A stretch of DNA of 64,000 nucleotides from Malacoraja senta (lineage: Eukaryota). The position numbers were made by a program, and so were the translations under genes. Shown here one piece after another: positions 35,016 to 49,265 of this stretch. The notes under the pieces are model-generated. The model saw only the letters and a list, made by a program, of their open reading frames with translations, had not been told where the DNA came from and ran no database searches. How positions within the stretch are numbered: position 1 is the stretch's first letter; every line of letters begins with the position of its first letter. The stretch is from contig CM075977.1 of the NCBI GenBank assembly GCA_038087875.1, positions 111,476,001 to 111,540,000 on the forward strand, given 5' to 3'.

Positions 35016-37314
35016 AACTTATCAAATGATGTTTAAAATTACATCAGGTTACACGTGTTCCCGAGTGTGACTTTATGGATCTCTGGTGAAGAGGGAGCAG
35101 TGAACGAAAATCTCACATATCTTTCCAAAACATTTCAAAAAAATGTCACTCATATTCAGCTAAAAACAATAACATCTCCCAGACATGACGGCGTATGACC
35201 GTTTCCGAGGTCCCTCCGCTCTCCAGACCCGTTCACTTCCCTTTAAAATGAACACCGCCTGTTTCCCTATTGCTTTACGGGTAGGGCGGTCGGCGGGGAC
35301 CCGATGTTCACTTCTACTGGAGCGGATGTCCAGTATTTCCAGTTGAAAAATTCCGCGACATCCTTTCAATCCAGCGGCCGCCCCATTCGGCTCTAAATGC
35401 CAAACCTGTAAGTTTCCCGATGCGTTCCACGTCCTTCGCACTTTAATTCTTCGAAGTATTCCGTGATTACTCATGTGGGTGCCCAAGTCACAAATTTACT
35501 TGATGACATTAAAGTAGAGTGCGTCTCCAACTTTCCAGCTACAACATTTAGCTATACCGGAGTTTCATTGCATTCTTGGAGCTTCCTTTCAACAGAACCG
35601 GTTATTCCCATTCCGAGGCCCTTTCGGATTACATTACACTAATTAACGAAGCAGCAGATGAAAGTAACGAGAACTGCTGGTGTTCTTACAAGCCAACGTA
35701 GCTACATAATCTATATATTCACAATCTACCGATTCGACCGCGGTAATATGCATATGTACGATTGATGTGCAGAAGATCTGACGGTTTATATACATAAAGG
35801 GCGCTTCTCCCAAGTAGAGATTGGCTCTGTCGCTGTCTCTGATATGCTGAATGGATACTGTCTGGTTATATTATCTATTCTTCAAATATTTTACAATATT
35901 GCACGTCAAATCTGAGCATTCAAGTTCAGGAACCAAATGTGGACCAGGTGGACGAATCCTGACAGAGCCTCACGGCATTCACATAACACCTGGAAGAAAG
36001 TGACGCGAGATTCTGTGAGGTATTGTCAGCCTTTTGGCCAGTGACACAGGACAAGTTAACTTCCAAGAGTCAAAAGTGTTTTATTATCCTCTGTTCGAAA
36101 ATGGAACAATGAAAGACGTGCTCGCAGCACGACAACAGATGTAAACATCGTACTCTGCAAAAAACGGGATATAAAACAATCCCGCCCTACCCCTGCCAAG
36201 TCTACAGAGTTCGCAGTTTATTTATCGTTTGTATTGTTTATTAGCCCGATGGTTATTTGGAAGAAACTGCTCCCGAACCTTTAGGAGGTGAAGTTTTAAT
36301 GTTCCAGATGGCAGGTGTGAAATGAGAATCTGGGTGGTGACGGTACCTGGTGGGGATGGCTGAATTTTACGGACACCGACTGCTGTAGATCACATCGATG
36401 GTGGGAATGTCATTATCTGTGATGGATTAGATAGTGTTCACCATATATTGCACTCTTCCTCGTTCACGTTTCCATGCCCAGCTGCAGCGTTTCAAACAAT
36501 TGACAAAACGAACTGTTCGACTGAGTTCAAAATTCTCCAGCAGATTTCCTAAGTGAATATTTACCTGCAGCTAACTCAATTGACTTACGTAAAATCTAAT
36601 GAGATTTCGAACAGTCATGGAGTTATATTGAAATGTTAATTCCTGCTTCATTATCAATAGTTTTTCAAATGTGCTCCACGAGATGCCGATTTACATGAAA
36701 CTGTACTTCGGGAAGGAAGCGGTCGTTTTCGCACAATATTTTCCAGGTTAGTTGTTCGTTCGTTTTGACATGCTCTGCAAGGTCCCGTTCAACAGCTCAC
36801 ATAACTCATATTACATAGGAATTAAAAGCCCATGACTGACATATGACGTTTTCTCTTGTTATCAATTAAGCAAATATGTAATATATAAGCTATTGTTTAT
36901 ATGGTGATCAATCCCTTTATCTCAGGAAGTTGCAGGCAGTTCCTTGGAAAAATGCAGTGACAGAAGGAAGCGAATTTACAGCTCTTAATGGAAAGTAACG
37001 ACATTTACCTGCATCGTTGACTACTGTTCATTTCAATGTCGATTCAAATTGATTTGTTCAATGTCCCCTTTGACATTCAAGACTGAAGTCTGCCCAGAAC
37101 CAAATATCTAAAATTGCTCTCCGAGTGTTCCTCTCACAATTGTCTTACAATAGATGGACGTTTATCAGTGTTTAAGATTGTATTTGTTGAATACATTTTA
37201 TGTGTTGATTGACGATTAACTATTGGTGAAAATCAGAAGGGAACCCGTCCCGTCACGTTCCTTTGCTGCTTTGAATCCATAATAACAACCGAGAGGGCAG
37301 AGGGGCTACCACCT

Positions 37315-37770
37315 GAAACATTGACAACTGATTCGGGGCTACCTCCTGCACCCACGTAGAACTCCCGGATTTAATTAGCGTCACAACTATTTTCCATACC
37401 GCACCCAAATTCACTTGGAACATCTCCGATATCTCCCTACCGTTTCTTAATCTATCCGTCTCCATCACAGGAGATACACTATCGACCGACATCTACTATA
37501 AACCTACTAACTCCCACATCCACCTAGACGACATTTCTTCCCACCCTCCCTCCAGCCAAGACTCTATCCCCTACACCCAATTCCTCCGTCTATGCCGCAT
37601 CTGTCCCTCATTAGGGTCTTCTCGATATCCCACAGCACACACCACATAGCCCTCTGACATTTCCGCCACATTTAACGGGATCCTACCACGAGCCATATCT
37701 TCCCATCTTCAACCCTATCAGTTTTCGGCAGAGACCGTTCCCTCCGCAACTCACTGGTTTACACGTCCTT
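37315..37770 (+). mobile_element. Penelope-like fragment (third duplicate, truncated)
   Basis: Colinear with 6560-7090; encodes FTWNISDISLPFLNLSVSITG..STDIYYKP. Confidence 0.8.
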
Positions 37771-38009
37771 CCCGTTAATCCACAGATTAACAGCTCTCTG
37801 GGGAAAATGTTTTAATTCATCTCAGCCATAAATGGGCTCCTTTTATTCTAAAACCGTGACCCCTGGTTTTGGACTCCCTCAACATCGGGAACTTTTTTCT
37901 GCATCTAGCATATAAAATCGTTTCAGAATTTAAGATTCGCTCAGTATTCCAAAAGTCGGTTGCGTTTACATTGTATCATCAATTCTTCACTCACTATAAA
38001 GTGTTCCAG

Positions 38010-38310
38010 GTCTGGTTGATTCAGATTTGAGCACCCAAGAGGAGGGTCCGCTCACACATACAGAGGGTCAAAGCGCCACTTTCACATGTACCTATTCTAA
38101 GGATAATTATTACTTATACTGGTATCGCCAGTATTCAGCCGGACAGCCGAGTTTGCGGTTCGGCGATACACTAACGGTGGCTCATACCAGGCATAATTCG
38201 CTCGAAATAGTTCTTCGGACGCGTCAGACTGATACGGCAGTATATTTCAGCGCAGTGCATCACATAGTGTTGAGATTGGCGAGAATTTCAAGCGCACAGC
38301 TGCTATCCCG
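38010..38310 (+). pseudogene. TCR alpha/delta-type V pseudogene, paralog of 8139-8480
   Basis: Same acceptor, FR1 and WYRQ, and the same CCGAG 1-nt deletion. Extra 3-nt and 47-nt deletions. Second Cys is lost (TTC AGC). Heptamer-like CATAGTG. Confidence 0.88.
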
Positions 38311-41301
38311 TGGATAATTTGGTTCATTGCGGCTTGGGCAGCTGCCGCGAAGCTCACAGCTTGTGTGCGGGTAACAGAAGCAGTCAGAGCCGGATTGACA
38401 CAGCGTCTTGCCTGCCTATTTCTGCGAGATATCGGGAGAAACCACTTTTCCATTGAAAATAAATTGACGCCAAACTCGTTCATTTAGGAGACCCGCTACT
38501 TCGAAAAAGATAAACTTTCGTCCAATGAGGGAATAAATACTTCTTAAAGTATCTATCGCTAGGGGAACAGAAAGGATGCCGGTGACCAAAAATAGAATGC
38601 AGATGCTTCTAAGTGAACCATGTTCTTGATCTTGCGGTCAAACTCCGCGTTTATTAACTCATGACTACTTCTTGCGAACAGAATGTATTCCTGTATCCAC
38701 CCGGGTGGCTGTTTTCTTGAAACACAGACTGATCAGAGCAGTCAATGAAAATAAAACGATGGCCTTAAAACTGACTTCACTTTGTTGCCTTCCTCCACAG
38801 TGAAGAATGCTGTGGTGGAAGTTTGTGTTAAATGTTATTGTGCATTGTGTGTTCTTTTTGAGTGTATCGCTGCTGGCAAAATCACTTCACTGCACCTTCG
38901 GGTGCATATGACGAATACAATGGACTTTCATTTTGACTTTGACCTTAACGAAGGAGAGGTTGAGGCAGTTGGTTCTTTACTGTACTAAGTATTTATTTTA
39001 TCGGTTTATTAGAGAGTATACCTTTATTGCATAATTATCATGCTGGATAATTCACTCATCCATTTGTACTTCATTCCGAATTCTGTATTATAACCTAACA
39101 ATATAACGACAGTAAGATGATCACTGTAGCCGGATATTTTGATCAGTTTGAATAATAATTATACGCCTCCAAAATGCGGGCGAAACAGCCTAGAGCGTTA
39201 TAATCGAGATTCGATTGGGAACTGACAACGGACGGTTAGCAAGCAGGTACGGCAGAGTGTGCTCACTCGTCGTCCCAAATGGTCCTCAGAACGGCAGAAT
39301 AGTTTGTCGTCGGTAGCATGGAGGGCACGACCACGTCTGACAGCAACAAATAAGATGGGAGTTTGGTAGAGGTGTGTGGACATGCATATCAAACACAGGC
39401 ATTGTAAGGCGCGGGTAGGTAAATAAACGGACAGAGGATGAGAACCCCAATAAAATTTATACCGTCTGCAAGTCTTTTGTCTTCCGCTATTGAATGCCAT
39501 AATGCGGCTTGTTGCGAATGGTTGTTGATATCAATTCTGCTGAAGGTCCCACAGTACAGAACCGAAGTACAAGGAAGTTATGCCCGATTTGTTAACACAC
39601 TCGCAGGGGGCTCTTTCCGTATTGCGCCCTGATCCTCTCACGACATTACAAGGAGGTGTGTCATACAATACATAAAACAATACATCTTGCAAATCGCTGA
39701 GATACAATAGACTACTGGTGCTCGAATATTGATGCAAAATTAAAACGATGCTGGGACTCCATTAAGACAAACCGTGGCACGGCCTTGGCCGACTGCATGA
39801 CGTCATTTCGTTCCGAATAGCCAGCAACCGGTCAGTGGAGACGAGTACGCACGAGTTGACAGATTATAAATGTTCACATAATTAAACGACATTTAAGACA
39901 ATAAGATAATGACAGGATAATTAATTGTATATGCCAGCATTTGCTTTATTGCATTCATAACCATTAAATACAAGTACTTATTTAGAATTCCTAAAACGCG
40001 ATTCATTTTTCTCGCAATCAAGTGAGTTGCATTGAGCTGACAATCCAGTGATTGCTATGACCCCCGTAAGCTATGAGTCTGAAGAAGGGTCTCAACCCGA
40101 AACGTCACCCATTCCGTCTCTCCAGAGATGCTGCCTTTCTCGCTGAGTTACTCCAGCATTTTGTGTCTCCGACAAAAGCACAAATGGGCGCTCTGCTACA
40201 AAACGCACTTCCGTCACTAGAAAATGCCGACAGGAACCTACGTCAAAAAGGCCCACCGGCGTCCAGCCGATCATGGCCGACGGGTGACGGCACAATTTCT
40301 CTCGTCTGGCGGGCTGTCGCTGTATCTAAGAGTGCACGTTGTCAAATAGTGTCCTGAATAACGGTCCGTGCAAATGTTAAACAGATTCACCAATTGCGTG
40401 CACACTTCCGTTAGAATATAATACACGAACAGATTCACTGCAAGAAGAGATCGATCCTGCAACGATAAACAGTTCTCCTGGACCAACGGCAAAATCAGAT
40501 CTTCACCTATGAGGTGAATTCCATGAGACAGAACAGGACCCACGGAAATACACAGAGCAACGGGATTATGGTAAGATAACGAGAGAGTATCCATTATCCC
40601 AAAGAAGGAATTTAGTTCATTGAAAAATGTATGGAAAATGGCTAATTCTATCAAAAACGCGTGAACATACTTGCAAAGTAGAACTATCTTAAAGGTAATA
40701 CATTCAATGTGAACTGTGATTGTGGATGGTAATGTAAATGGCGATTGGCCCTGCTGTCACAGGCACAAATGTCCATAAAGGGCCAAATGATATCGTAAAT
40801 GGCAAATGTTGCTGGCTTTATGCATGTAAGCATATTATAATTTGAAAGGTGATTATAGGGGCATAACGCGATGAGCACGGATTGGACCTTGTTTTAAAGT
40901 ACCGATGAAGTAAATAGAGAAACATTCCGTTGTCGTGGTGCCCACTACAATACCCGGTTTTACATGTCCTTGTTACTTCAGAGCTCTGGGTACGTCTGGG
41001 AAATATGTCCAATGTATAGATATATGTTATTCACAAGGCCCCGATAGCTATCTAAGTTGGACAATTATCAAAATCTAACATTATCCTTGGCCCACGTATT
41101 CCTGCAAAGATATTTGCCTCATTGACTCCCACTACTCCTGACATAATACTGAACTTATTGCCAAGAAAATATTGAAGTGATGTACACAACGTTGGTTCAC
41201 CATATTCGTACTCATTTCAGACACCCTGTTTCACAATGCAAACATGAAACGTTTCAAATATTGTGCAGGGCAGACCGTACCGGCAGATTAAGTGGTAGAG
41301 T

Positions 41302-42960
41302 CGGACTTCCGGTGGCGCTATGGAGGCTTGAGTCCAGCGCCAACTAGCTCCGTGCCGAAGAAAACTGAAAACGGGAGAAAACCGGGTCTTACCTGCAGCG
41401 ATCGCGATCTGAACGGCTGCCTGCCGCGTGACGTCATCAGGAGCGTGACTTGGACGGTATGTCGTTACAACGTCCCCCCCCCCTCCCGTGGGACACAAAA
41501 AAAACCCGCTAAAGGGAAACCCCCACCGATGGAAGAGGAAGGCCCAACTGAGGCCTCGGCCTCAGTTACAATGACTGCCCAGGAAGACCCTCCGAAGAAA
41601 ACAAAGCAGAAAAAGACTGAAATGGATGATCTTAAAGCTTTTCTCGCTGCTGAATTGAAAACCTTTGGAGAGAATTTTAAAGAGAATTTTAAAGTGGAAC
41701 TTAACTCTTTTAAGGTAGATTTTAAAGCAGAAATGCTTTCTACCGTTCAATAAATACTGGAAGTCTGGAAGAGGTCGAGGGAGGAGGAGGTCAAGGAACA
41801 GATGGAAGTGCTGGAAGCAAGGCTCGTTTCGGTGGAAGCGAGCGTTAAAATGGAGGTGGACCCCATTCATCAAGAACTCGAACAACATAGAACAGCGATA
41901 ACCGAACTTGAGAAATGGGCGGCGACAAGTGGGGAAACTGTAGGTCGACTCATTATTGAAAACCAACGCCTCACCGATATGGTGATCAAATTAAGTGATA
42001 AATGTACCGATTTGGAGGGGCGTCAAAGACATAAGAATCTAAGAATTGTATGGGTGAAAGAAGGAAGTGAGAGGGAAATGGGCCCTCGGTATTTTGTGGC
42101 AGACCTACTACAAAAAGTCTTAAAATTGGATCAAAAACCTTTACTCGGTCGAGCTCATAGAGCGCAGCAGCGTCGTACACAAGATGATGCCCATCCAAGA
42201 CAAATTATCGTAAAGGTGCAACTGGATCATGAATTTGACGAAATAATGAAGAAAATTGTCCGAGGCGGACAGCTCCATTTTGAAGGTGTGAGGTTCAGTA
42301 TCTACCGAGATTATCCGGCAGTGGTCTTCAAGAAAAGGGCGCTGTTCACTGAGACAAAAAGAATACTGAAGAATGTACCTGATTTGAGATACGGCCTGCT
42401 TTACGCCGCAAGACTAAGAGTCACCTACAAGAACAAGGAGCAATTTTTTACAGACCATGAAAAAGCACTGGAATTCGCCAAAAAAATTGGGAACGTGACC
42501 GCAGACTGAAGAATTTACATTACCCTTCAGGAGTCAAGGATTAACGGGACCACCAGATCTAAAAGGATCTTTAAAGTTCTTTTAAGAGCTTTAAGGACAT
42601 TTGGAAACCGAATGGACGGTGGACATTGGAGAAAACCGTGGTTTTTTAATTAATTTTTTAAATATTTTTATTAATCACTATTATTATCTGTATATTCATA
42701 TCTAACTATATATGTAATAACTAATACTTATTAAATATCTATATTACTACTAAAATTATTAACATTTATATTACTCATAAAAATTTAATACTGGGTATGG
42801 TTGATAACAATGATTAATAACTAATTATTTCTCAATTTAAAATTAAATTTATAGATTTAGCGAGGATATTAATATGATATGTAGAGAATAATAACATTAT
42901 GAATTTATGCTGTTCTCGGACTTTTCTGCAGGGATGCGTGCTTATGTATGTATGCATGTG

Positions 42961-43011
<51 letters not shown>

Positions 43012-46000
43012 ATATATGTATGTATATGTGTGCGTATGTATGGGTATGTATATATGTTTGTTACTCCCAAAGAAATTATTTGATTGTTAGAAATAATCTT
43101 TTTTTTTCGGCACGGAGCTGGGATTTTTTTTTTTTTACAACGGCTACGGAAATCTTTAGAATTCTAGCCACGTTAGTGTGGCTATCACTAACTACACTAA
43201 TTGTAGATGTAGTTTTTTTTCTTTCACCCTATACTAACCAATTCTATCACTTTTTTCACTTTAAATATTTTTATAACTTAATGTTTGAATGGAAAAACAA
43301 GAATAATACAAGGAGATGTGTTCGGAAGAACGATGTATATGATTTTAAATTCATCTATTTGAGGTTCAGGAGCAAGGTCAGGTTTTATGTGTTGCACCTT
43401 CTGCTCGGTTATAGACCACCTTAGAAACAATATGCAAGATGTTAATATGACAAGAGGGGGTCAGGGAATAACATTTTGTAGTTGGAATGTCAAGGGAATC
43501 AATGAACCAATTAAGAGAGGTAAAGTCTTGGCACATCTAAATTTAATCAAAGCAGATATTATATCCCTTCAAGAAACACACCTTAAAAAGGAATCTCAAC
43601 ACAGACTTAAAGCTAAGTGGATCGCTGAATCATATCATTCCTCCTTTTCCCATAAGTCCAGAGGAGTTGCAATATTAATTCGTAAAGGAATACCTTTTAC
43701 GAATTTATCAATAATAGCGGATATTGATGGTAGATATATTATATTAGTTGGAGAGCTAAATGGAGAAAAAGTTATTCTTCTGAATGTATATGGGCCTAAT
43801 TTTGATAACCCTATGTTCTTTAATAAAACATTTAATAAAATTCCTGAATTTACACAATATAAATTAATAATTGGAGGAGACTTCAACTGTACATTAGATT
43901 CATACTTAGATAGATCATCAAGGCAAAAAAAAGTAAAATCTCAATCAAGTGTATTTCTAAATTCATTTATTAATACCACTAATATTAAGGATGTCTGGAG
44001 AATAGAAAATCCAACTGGACGGGAATATTCATTTTACTCTCCAGTACACAAAACATACTCAAGAATAGATTATTTTTTAGTTGACTCCACGTTTATCCCA
44101 TTTACTTAGAACTCAAAATACCATAATATTATAATCTCAGACCACGCACCTGTAACATTTATGATTAAATTAAATGGAATGTCCGAGAAACAAACATATT
44201 GGAGATTTAACCCACAAATCTTGAACGAAAGATCATGCCAGGAATATATTATTAAACAGATTCAAATATTTTTTGAGGTAAATGATAACCCTGACACACC
44301 TACTTCTCTTATGTGGGAAACGTTTAAAGCGTTTGTTCGAGGTGCATTAATCTCTGCTCAAGTATTTTATAATAAAGAGAACAGGATTAAACAACAAACA
44401 TTGGAAAGGGAAATCAAACAACTAGATTTAGACAATGCGAGAATGCCATCTATCTCAAAACATAATAAAATTGCTGTATTGAAATATAAATTAAATAAAA
44501 TGTATTCAGATCAAGTAATAAAACTTTATCAAAAAACCAAACAATTACATTTTGAATTTGGAGACAAACCACAAAAACTATTAGCACGTCAGTTACGAAA
44601 AATGGAAGGGGAAAAAATAATTCATAAAATTAGAACAGAGACAGGAGAATTATTAAAAATGCCCAAGGACATAAATGAAAGATTTCTCCAATACTATCAT
44701 AACCTTTATTCAACTAAAACTGTAACACAAACGGAAGGAATAGCAGATTTTTTACTAAAATGTAATTTAAAAGGTTTAGATTCAAATGATAGAGAATTAT
44801 TAGAAAGGGAGATTACGATAAAGGATATTGAGGAGTCTATTGGCTCTTTAAAAATGGTAAAGCAGTAGGACCAGATGGTTTAGGCTCTGAATTTTATTTA
44901 AAAATTTTTGACTTGCTATGCCCACGTTTACAGAGGCTGTATGAGCATATCTATACTCAACAGAAACTCCCAGATACTTTAAATGAATCTATAATAACAC
45001 TTATTCCTAAAGCTGATAAAGATCCGGAAGATCCGGGATCATATAGAGCAATTGCACTTTTAAATACAGATCAGAAAATATTAACTAAAATACTAGCGCA
45101 TAGATTAAGTACAGTGATGAATAAAATAATACACCCTGACCAAACAGGCTTTATTCAGAAACGGTACTCATATTATAATCTAAGAAGATTATTTAATATT
45201 ATTTATTCTAAGAGAATTATTAATGAAGATCTAGCAATAATCTCACTCGATGCTGAAAAAGCATTTGATCAGGTTGAATGGTCTTATTTATTTTCAGTGA
45301 TGGAAAATATGCAACTAGGGGAAAAATTCTGTACATGGATAAAACTGTTATATACAAATCCTACGGCTAGAATATTAACAAATCAAAGGTTGTCATCAAA
45401 ATTCAGCCTATCTAGAGGTTGTAGACAAGGATGCCCGTTATCTCCATTATTATTTGCGCTAGCTATTGAGCCACTTGCAGAAAGAGTTAGGGGTCATCCG
45501 GAAATATATGGGTATATCACAAAGGACACAGTGAATAAAATGTCTCTATACGCAGATGATGTACTAATTTACATTACACAACCAGAAATTAGTATTCCAT
45601 ACTTATTAGAGCTAATAACCCAATTTGGTTCACTCTCAGGATACAGAATAAATTGGAATAAAAGTGAAATTATGCCAATAAGGGAGCATAACAAACACAT
45701 AATACAACAATTTCCATTTAAAATAGTAAACGAAAAATTTAAATACCTAGGTATCTATGTAACTAAGATATATACATCATTATTTAAAGCAAATTTCCCC
45801 CCATTACTGAATAAACTACATAAGAATATTCAATACTGGAAAACACTTCCTATCTCAATGATTGGCAAAATTAATGCTATAAAAATGATTTTTTTACCGC
45901 AAATATTATACCTTTTTCAGACAATTCCGATATATTTGTCAAAAAACTTTTTTTTTAAATTGGACTATTGTTAATGATTTTATCTGGGATTATAAGAATC

Positions 46001-47605
46001 ATAGGATAAACAAAAGACATTTGTGTAAATCAAAAATAAATGGAGGTTTGGTTTTACCCAACTTTCTGTTTTATTTTTGGGCAGTTAATATTAAAAATAT
46101 TAATTTCTGGTTGGAAGAAATAGAACAACAACCAGATTGGTTAAAAATGGAAAAGGAAGATTGTTTGCCTTTTGATATCGGTTCGATATTACTTGCTACA
46201 TCTAAATTAAACAAAAAAAATTATAGGGAAAACCCTATAATATTTAGTGCCATACGAATTTGGAAACAATTAAAAAATACATTAAAATTAGATAATTTAT
46301 CACTTTTTCTCCCAATTGTGAATAACCCTTTGTTTAAACCCTCATGGTTGGACAGGGGTTTTACACAATGGAAGAATTATGGAATTAAAAATATGGGACA
46401 ACTTTATAAGGAAGGCACTTTTCTGACATTTCAGGAGTTGCAACAGACTTATGGACTTCGAGGAAATGATTATTTCAGATATCTTCAACTCAGAGATTAT
46501 GTAAAATCGAATACTCAAAACTTTCGAAATAGAAATTCAGAAATTCTTGACGAATGTTGGAATAAACATCCTAATACAGAAAAATTAATATCTTATATAT
46601 ATAATATCTTATTAGACAGTGACATTCCATCGACGGACTTACACAGACAAACATGGGAAAAAGAATTAAATCAAATAATAACGAAAGATACTTGGGAAGA
46701 AAGTTTACAACATATACATCAATGTTCATTAAATGCCAGACATTCTTTAATACAATTTAAAGTAATACATAGATTACATTATTCAAAAACAAAATTACAT
46801 AAAATCTTTCAACATATCTCACCTATATGTCATAAATGTCAACATTTAGAAGCTACCTTATCTCATATGTTTGCAAACTGTACAAAAATTAAAACATTCT
46901 GGGTAAATATTTTTAGTATAATATCTAAAGTGACCAGCACACAAGTGGACCCGGATCCAACATTTATAATACTCGGAACATCAGAATTAAATCAAACATT
47001 TACAACAACACAAAGAAACTTTATTGATTATAGTATAATAACAGGAACAAAATTAATTCTAAAATTTTGGAAAGGCCCTACGGCCCCCACAATCAAAATG
47101 TGGATTACAGAAATGACGGAGACCTTAAACGTGGAAAGAATCAGATTTTCCCTGTTAGACAAACAGGAATTATTCGTTGGAACATGGTCTCCCTTTATTG
47201 ATTATTTAAAAGTCAGAATGGTTCAGCACGGGAACCTGACTAATGCTCGGGCTAAAAAATGGATGAAATGCTATATTCTGAAATGTACGAATATATCTCG
47301 AATGAAGTTTTTTTATTTTAATAAATTTTTCCACTCTTCTTTAACTATCTTTCTCTTTTTTTTTTTTTTTTTTTTTTGTTTTTTTTGTTTGTTTGTTTTT
47401 TTCTCTTTCTCTTCTCTCTCTTTTCTTTCTTTACTTCATCTATCTTTTTAGTTCTATCTAGTTTAAAATTTTAAAAAAAGGCAAAAGGTATTGGAGACAA
47501 TGTAATAATAATTGATAATATTATCAATTTAAAAATGTAAGACTGTAATGATGTTAATAGGTTATGTACTTATCTCCAATAAAATATATTTTCAACAAAA
47601 AAAAA
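41302..47605 (+). mobile_element. Full-length L1-clade LINE with TSD (ORF1 L1-type; ORF2 APE + RT + C-terminal Zn knuckle)
   Basis: TSD AGATTAAG(T/G)GGTAGAGT at 41285-41301 and 47606-47622. AATAAA at 47578 and a poly(A) tail. ORF1 LEGRQRHKNLRIV..RAHR..YRDYP. ORF2 SWNVKGIN, GGDFNCTLD, RIDYF, SDHAP, RQGCPLSPLLF, LYADD, CHKC..HMFANC. Stops at 41751 and 44107; frameshifts at ~44855 and ~45960. Confidence 0.95.
42963..43001. repeat. (TA)n microsatellite in the L1 inter-ORF spacer
   Basis: Uninterrupted TATATA run. Confidence 0.95.
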
Positions 47606-47879
47606 AGATTAAGGGGTAGAGTTAACATTCAAATCTATGCCCAGATTTCCCGTTCCGATTTCCAGCTCTTCCTGCCAAATTATTTAAGAACTCCCAAAAC
47701 CTCCACAGAGCGTGGCCAATACGCTGATTGAGATTCATTATATGATTCGCAGCCTTTGACAGCAACACCAAAGGCCTCCCTGCACAGAATGATCCAACCC
47801 ACATCGGAAGTAATTAGTGGCATGTTATTAGCATGGCGAATAGCCACAAACAGAGCAAAGAGCAAACATATTCTGTCGT

Positions 47880-48810
47880 AGAGTCATGGAGTCATAAACG
47901 ACGGTATCCGGCGTTTCAGCACAACTTGTTTATGCAGGCCGAGATGCCCCATCGAAGTTAGCCGCATTTGCCCAGATTTAGGCCATTATCCTCTATTTCT
48001 TCCTATTAATGTAGCTGGTCAAATGTATTTTAACTATCTATATTTTACGTGCCTCAATCACTTAATCTGGCAGCCCATTCGATAGAACGTGAAACGGTTG
48101 CCCTCAGGTTCCTATTGGATATGTTCCGTCGCACCTGAAACCCATACCACCTTGTTCTTGATTCGCACCTCTGGAAAAAAAAATACTCGGTGCATTCACC
48201 CTATCTATCGCCCTCATGATTGTTAACGCATTTCAGTAACATCACCCCTCTTAGGCTCCAGGTAATAGTGTTCTTGTCTGCCCAACATCTTCCCTTGATG
48301 CCAAGTCCTCGAATACTGGCAACATCCTTGTAAATCGTCGCTGAACTCTTCCCAGAGTATTAGCATCTGCAAGAGCACCACAACGTGCCATAATCGATTA
48401 CCTGAACGATAAATGTTAAAGTACTCCTCGCGCGATCTAACTTCCGCGCCACTCTCACAAAACGGTATATTTGCAGCCCCGGATTCTTCTCCGGCCCTTG
48501 ATTCACCTAATCTGGGCAAGAAACTCTGTGCATCTCCCCTATATATTCCTCTTACGATTTTAGAGATCTCCATAAGATAATCCCTCATCCTCCGGCGCTC
48601 CAAGGAATAGAGTCCCAACCAACCCAACCTCTCCCTATATTTCAGACCCTGCAGTCCTGGGTACATCCTCGTAAATCTTCTCTGTACCATTTCCAGCTTA
48701 GACATCTTTTCTATAATATGGTGTCCAGAACTGCACACAATACTCTCAATGGGGCGTCACCGACGGTTTTATTCAACTGCAACATGACCTCCCAATTCAT
48801 ATACTCAGAG
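47880..48810 (-). mobile_element. Degenerate CR1-like LINE fragments
   Basis: CSSGHHIIEKMSKLEMVQRRFTRMYPGLQGLKYRERLGWLGLYSLERRRMR. Confidence 0.8.
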
Positions 48811-49089
48811 CGCAGTAATAAACTGCAGAGACCCGCAGGTGCAGCGCCGAGATGGTCAAGCTGCTGAATTTAGTCACGGGCGGACCTCTTCTGAGAAACG
48901 AATTCTCGTTGCTTGTTGGTGATGCCACCGGACCACAACAAATCGACCTCTTTTTCCAGGCATTACCAGTACGGGAATAAATGATACATACTCGCTATTT
49001 TATTATGGTTTAAAGTCATGAGGTCTCCTTCAGCCTTTAATCCAGAGGACAGGGGTTGATTGAGAGAATCTCCCTGACACCAATCTGAA

Positions 49090-49265
49090 AGTAAGCATGA
49101 TTGGATGTGCGGAGTATTGCTGACAGTTATTTCTGATGCAGTCTATTTATCTTAGATGGATTAGATGGGTTAGATGAAGAAAGCAACACGCCTTTGTACT
49201 TCAACTTTACTGAAGTTACCAGTCAGCAATACTCCCCACATCTAATCCATCCAATCATGCTTACT
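49090..49265. mobile_element. MITE-like element with ~35-bp terminal inverted repeats
   Basis: AGTAAGCATGATTGGATGTGCGGAGTATTGCTGAC matches the reverse complement at 49222-49265, with one small duplication insertion. Confidence 0.55.

Noticed and set aside
42899-43424. ORFs in the L1 spacer (YIYIYI...)
   Set aside because: Artefacts of the (TA)n microsatellite and AT-rich DNA.
47389-47451. Hydrophobic Phe-rich C-terminus of the L1 ORF2 piece as a TM segment
   Set aside because: It is read-through into a poly-T tract of the 3'UTR.
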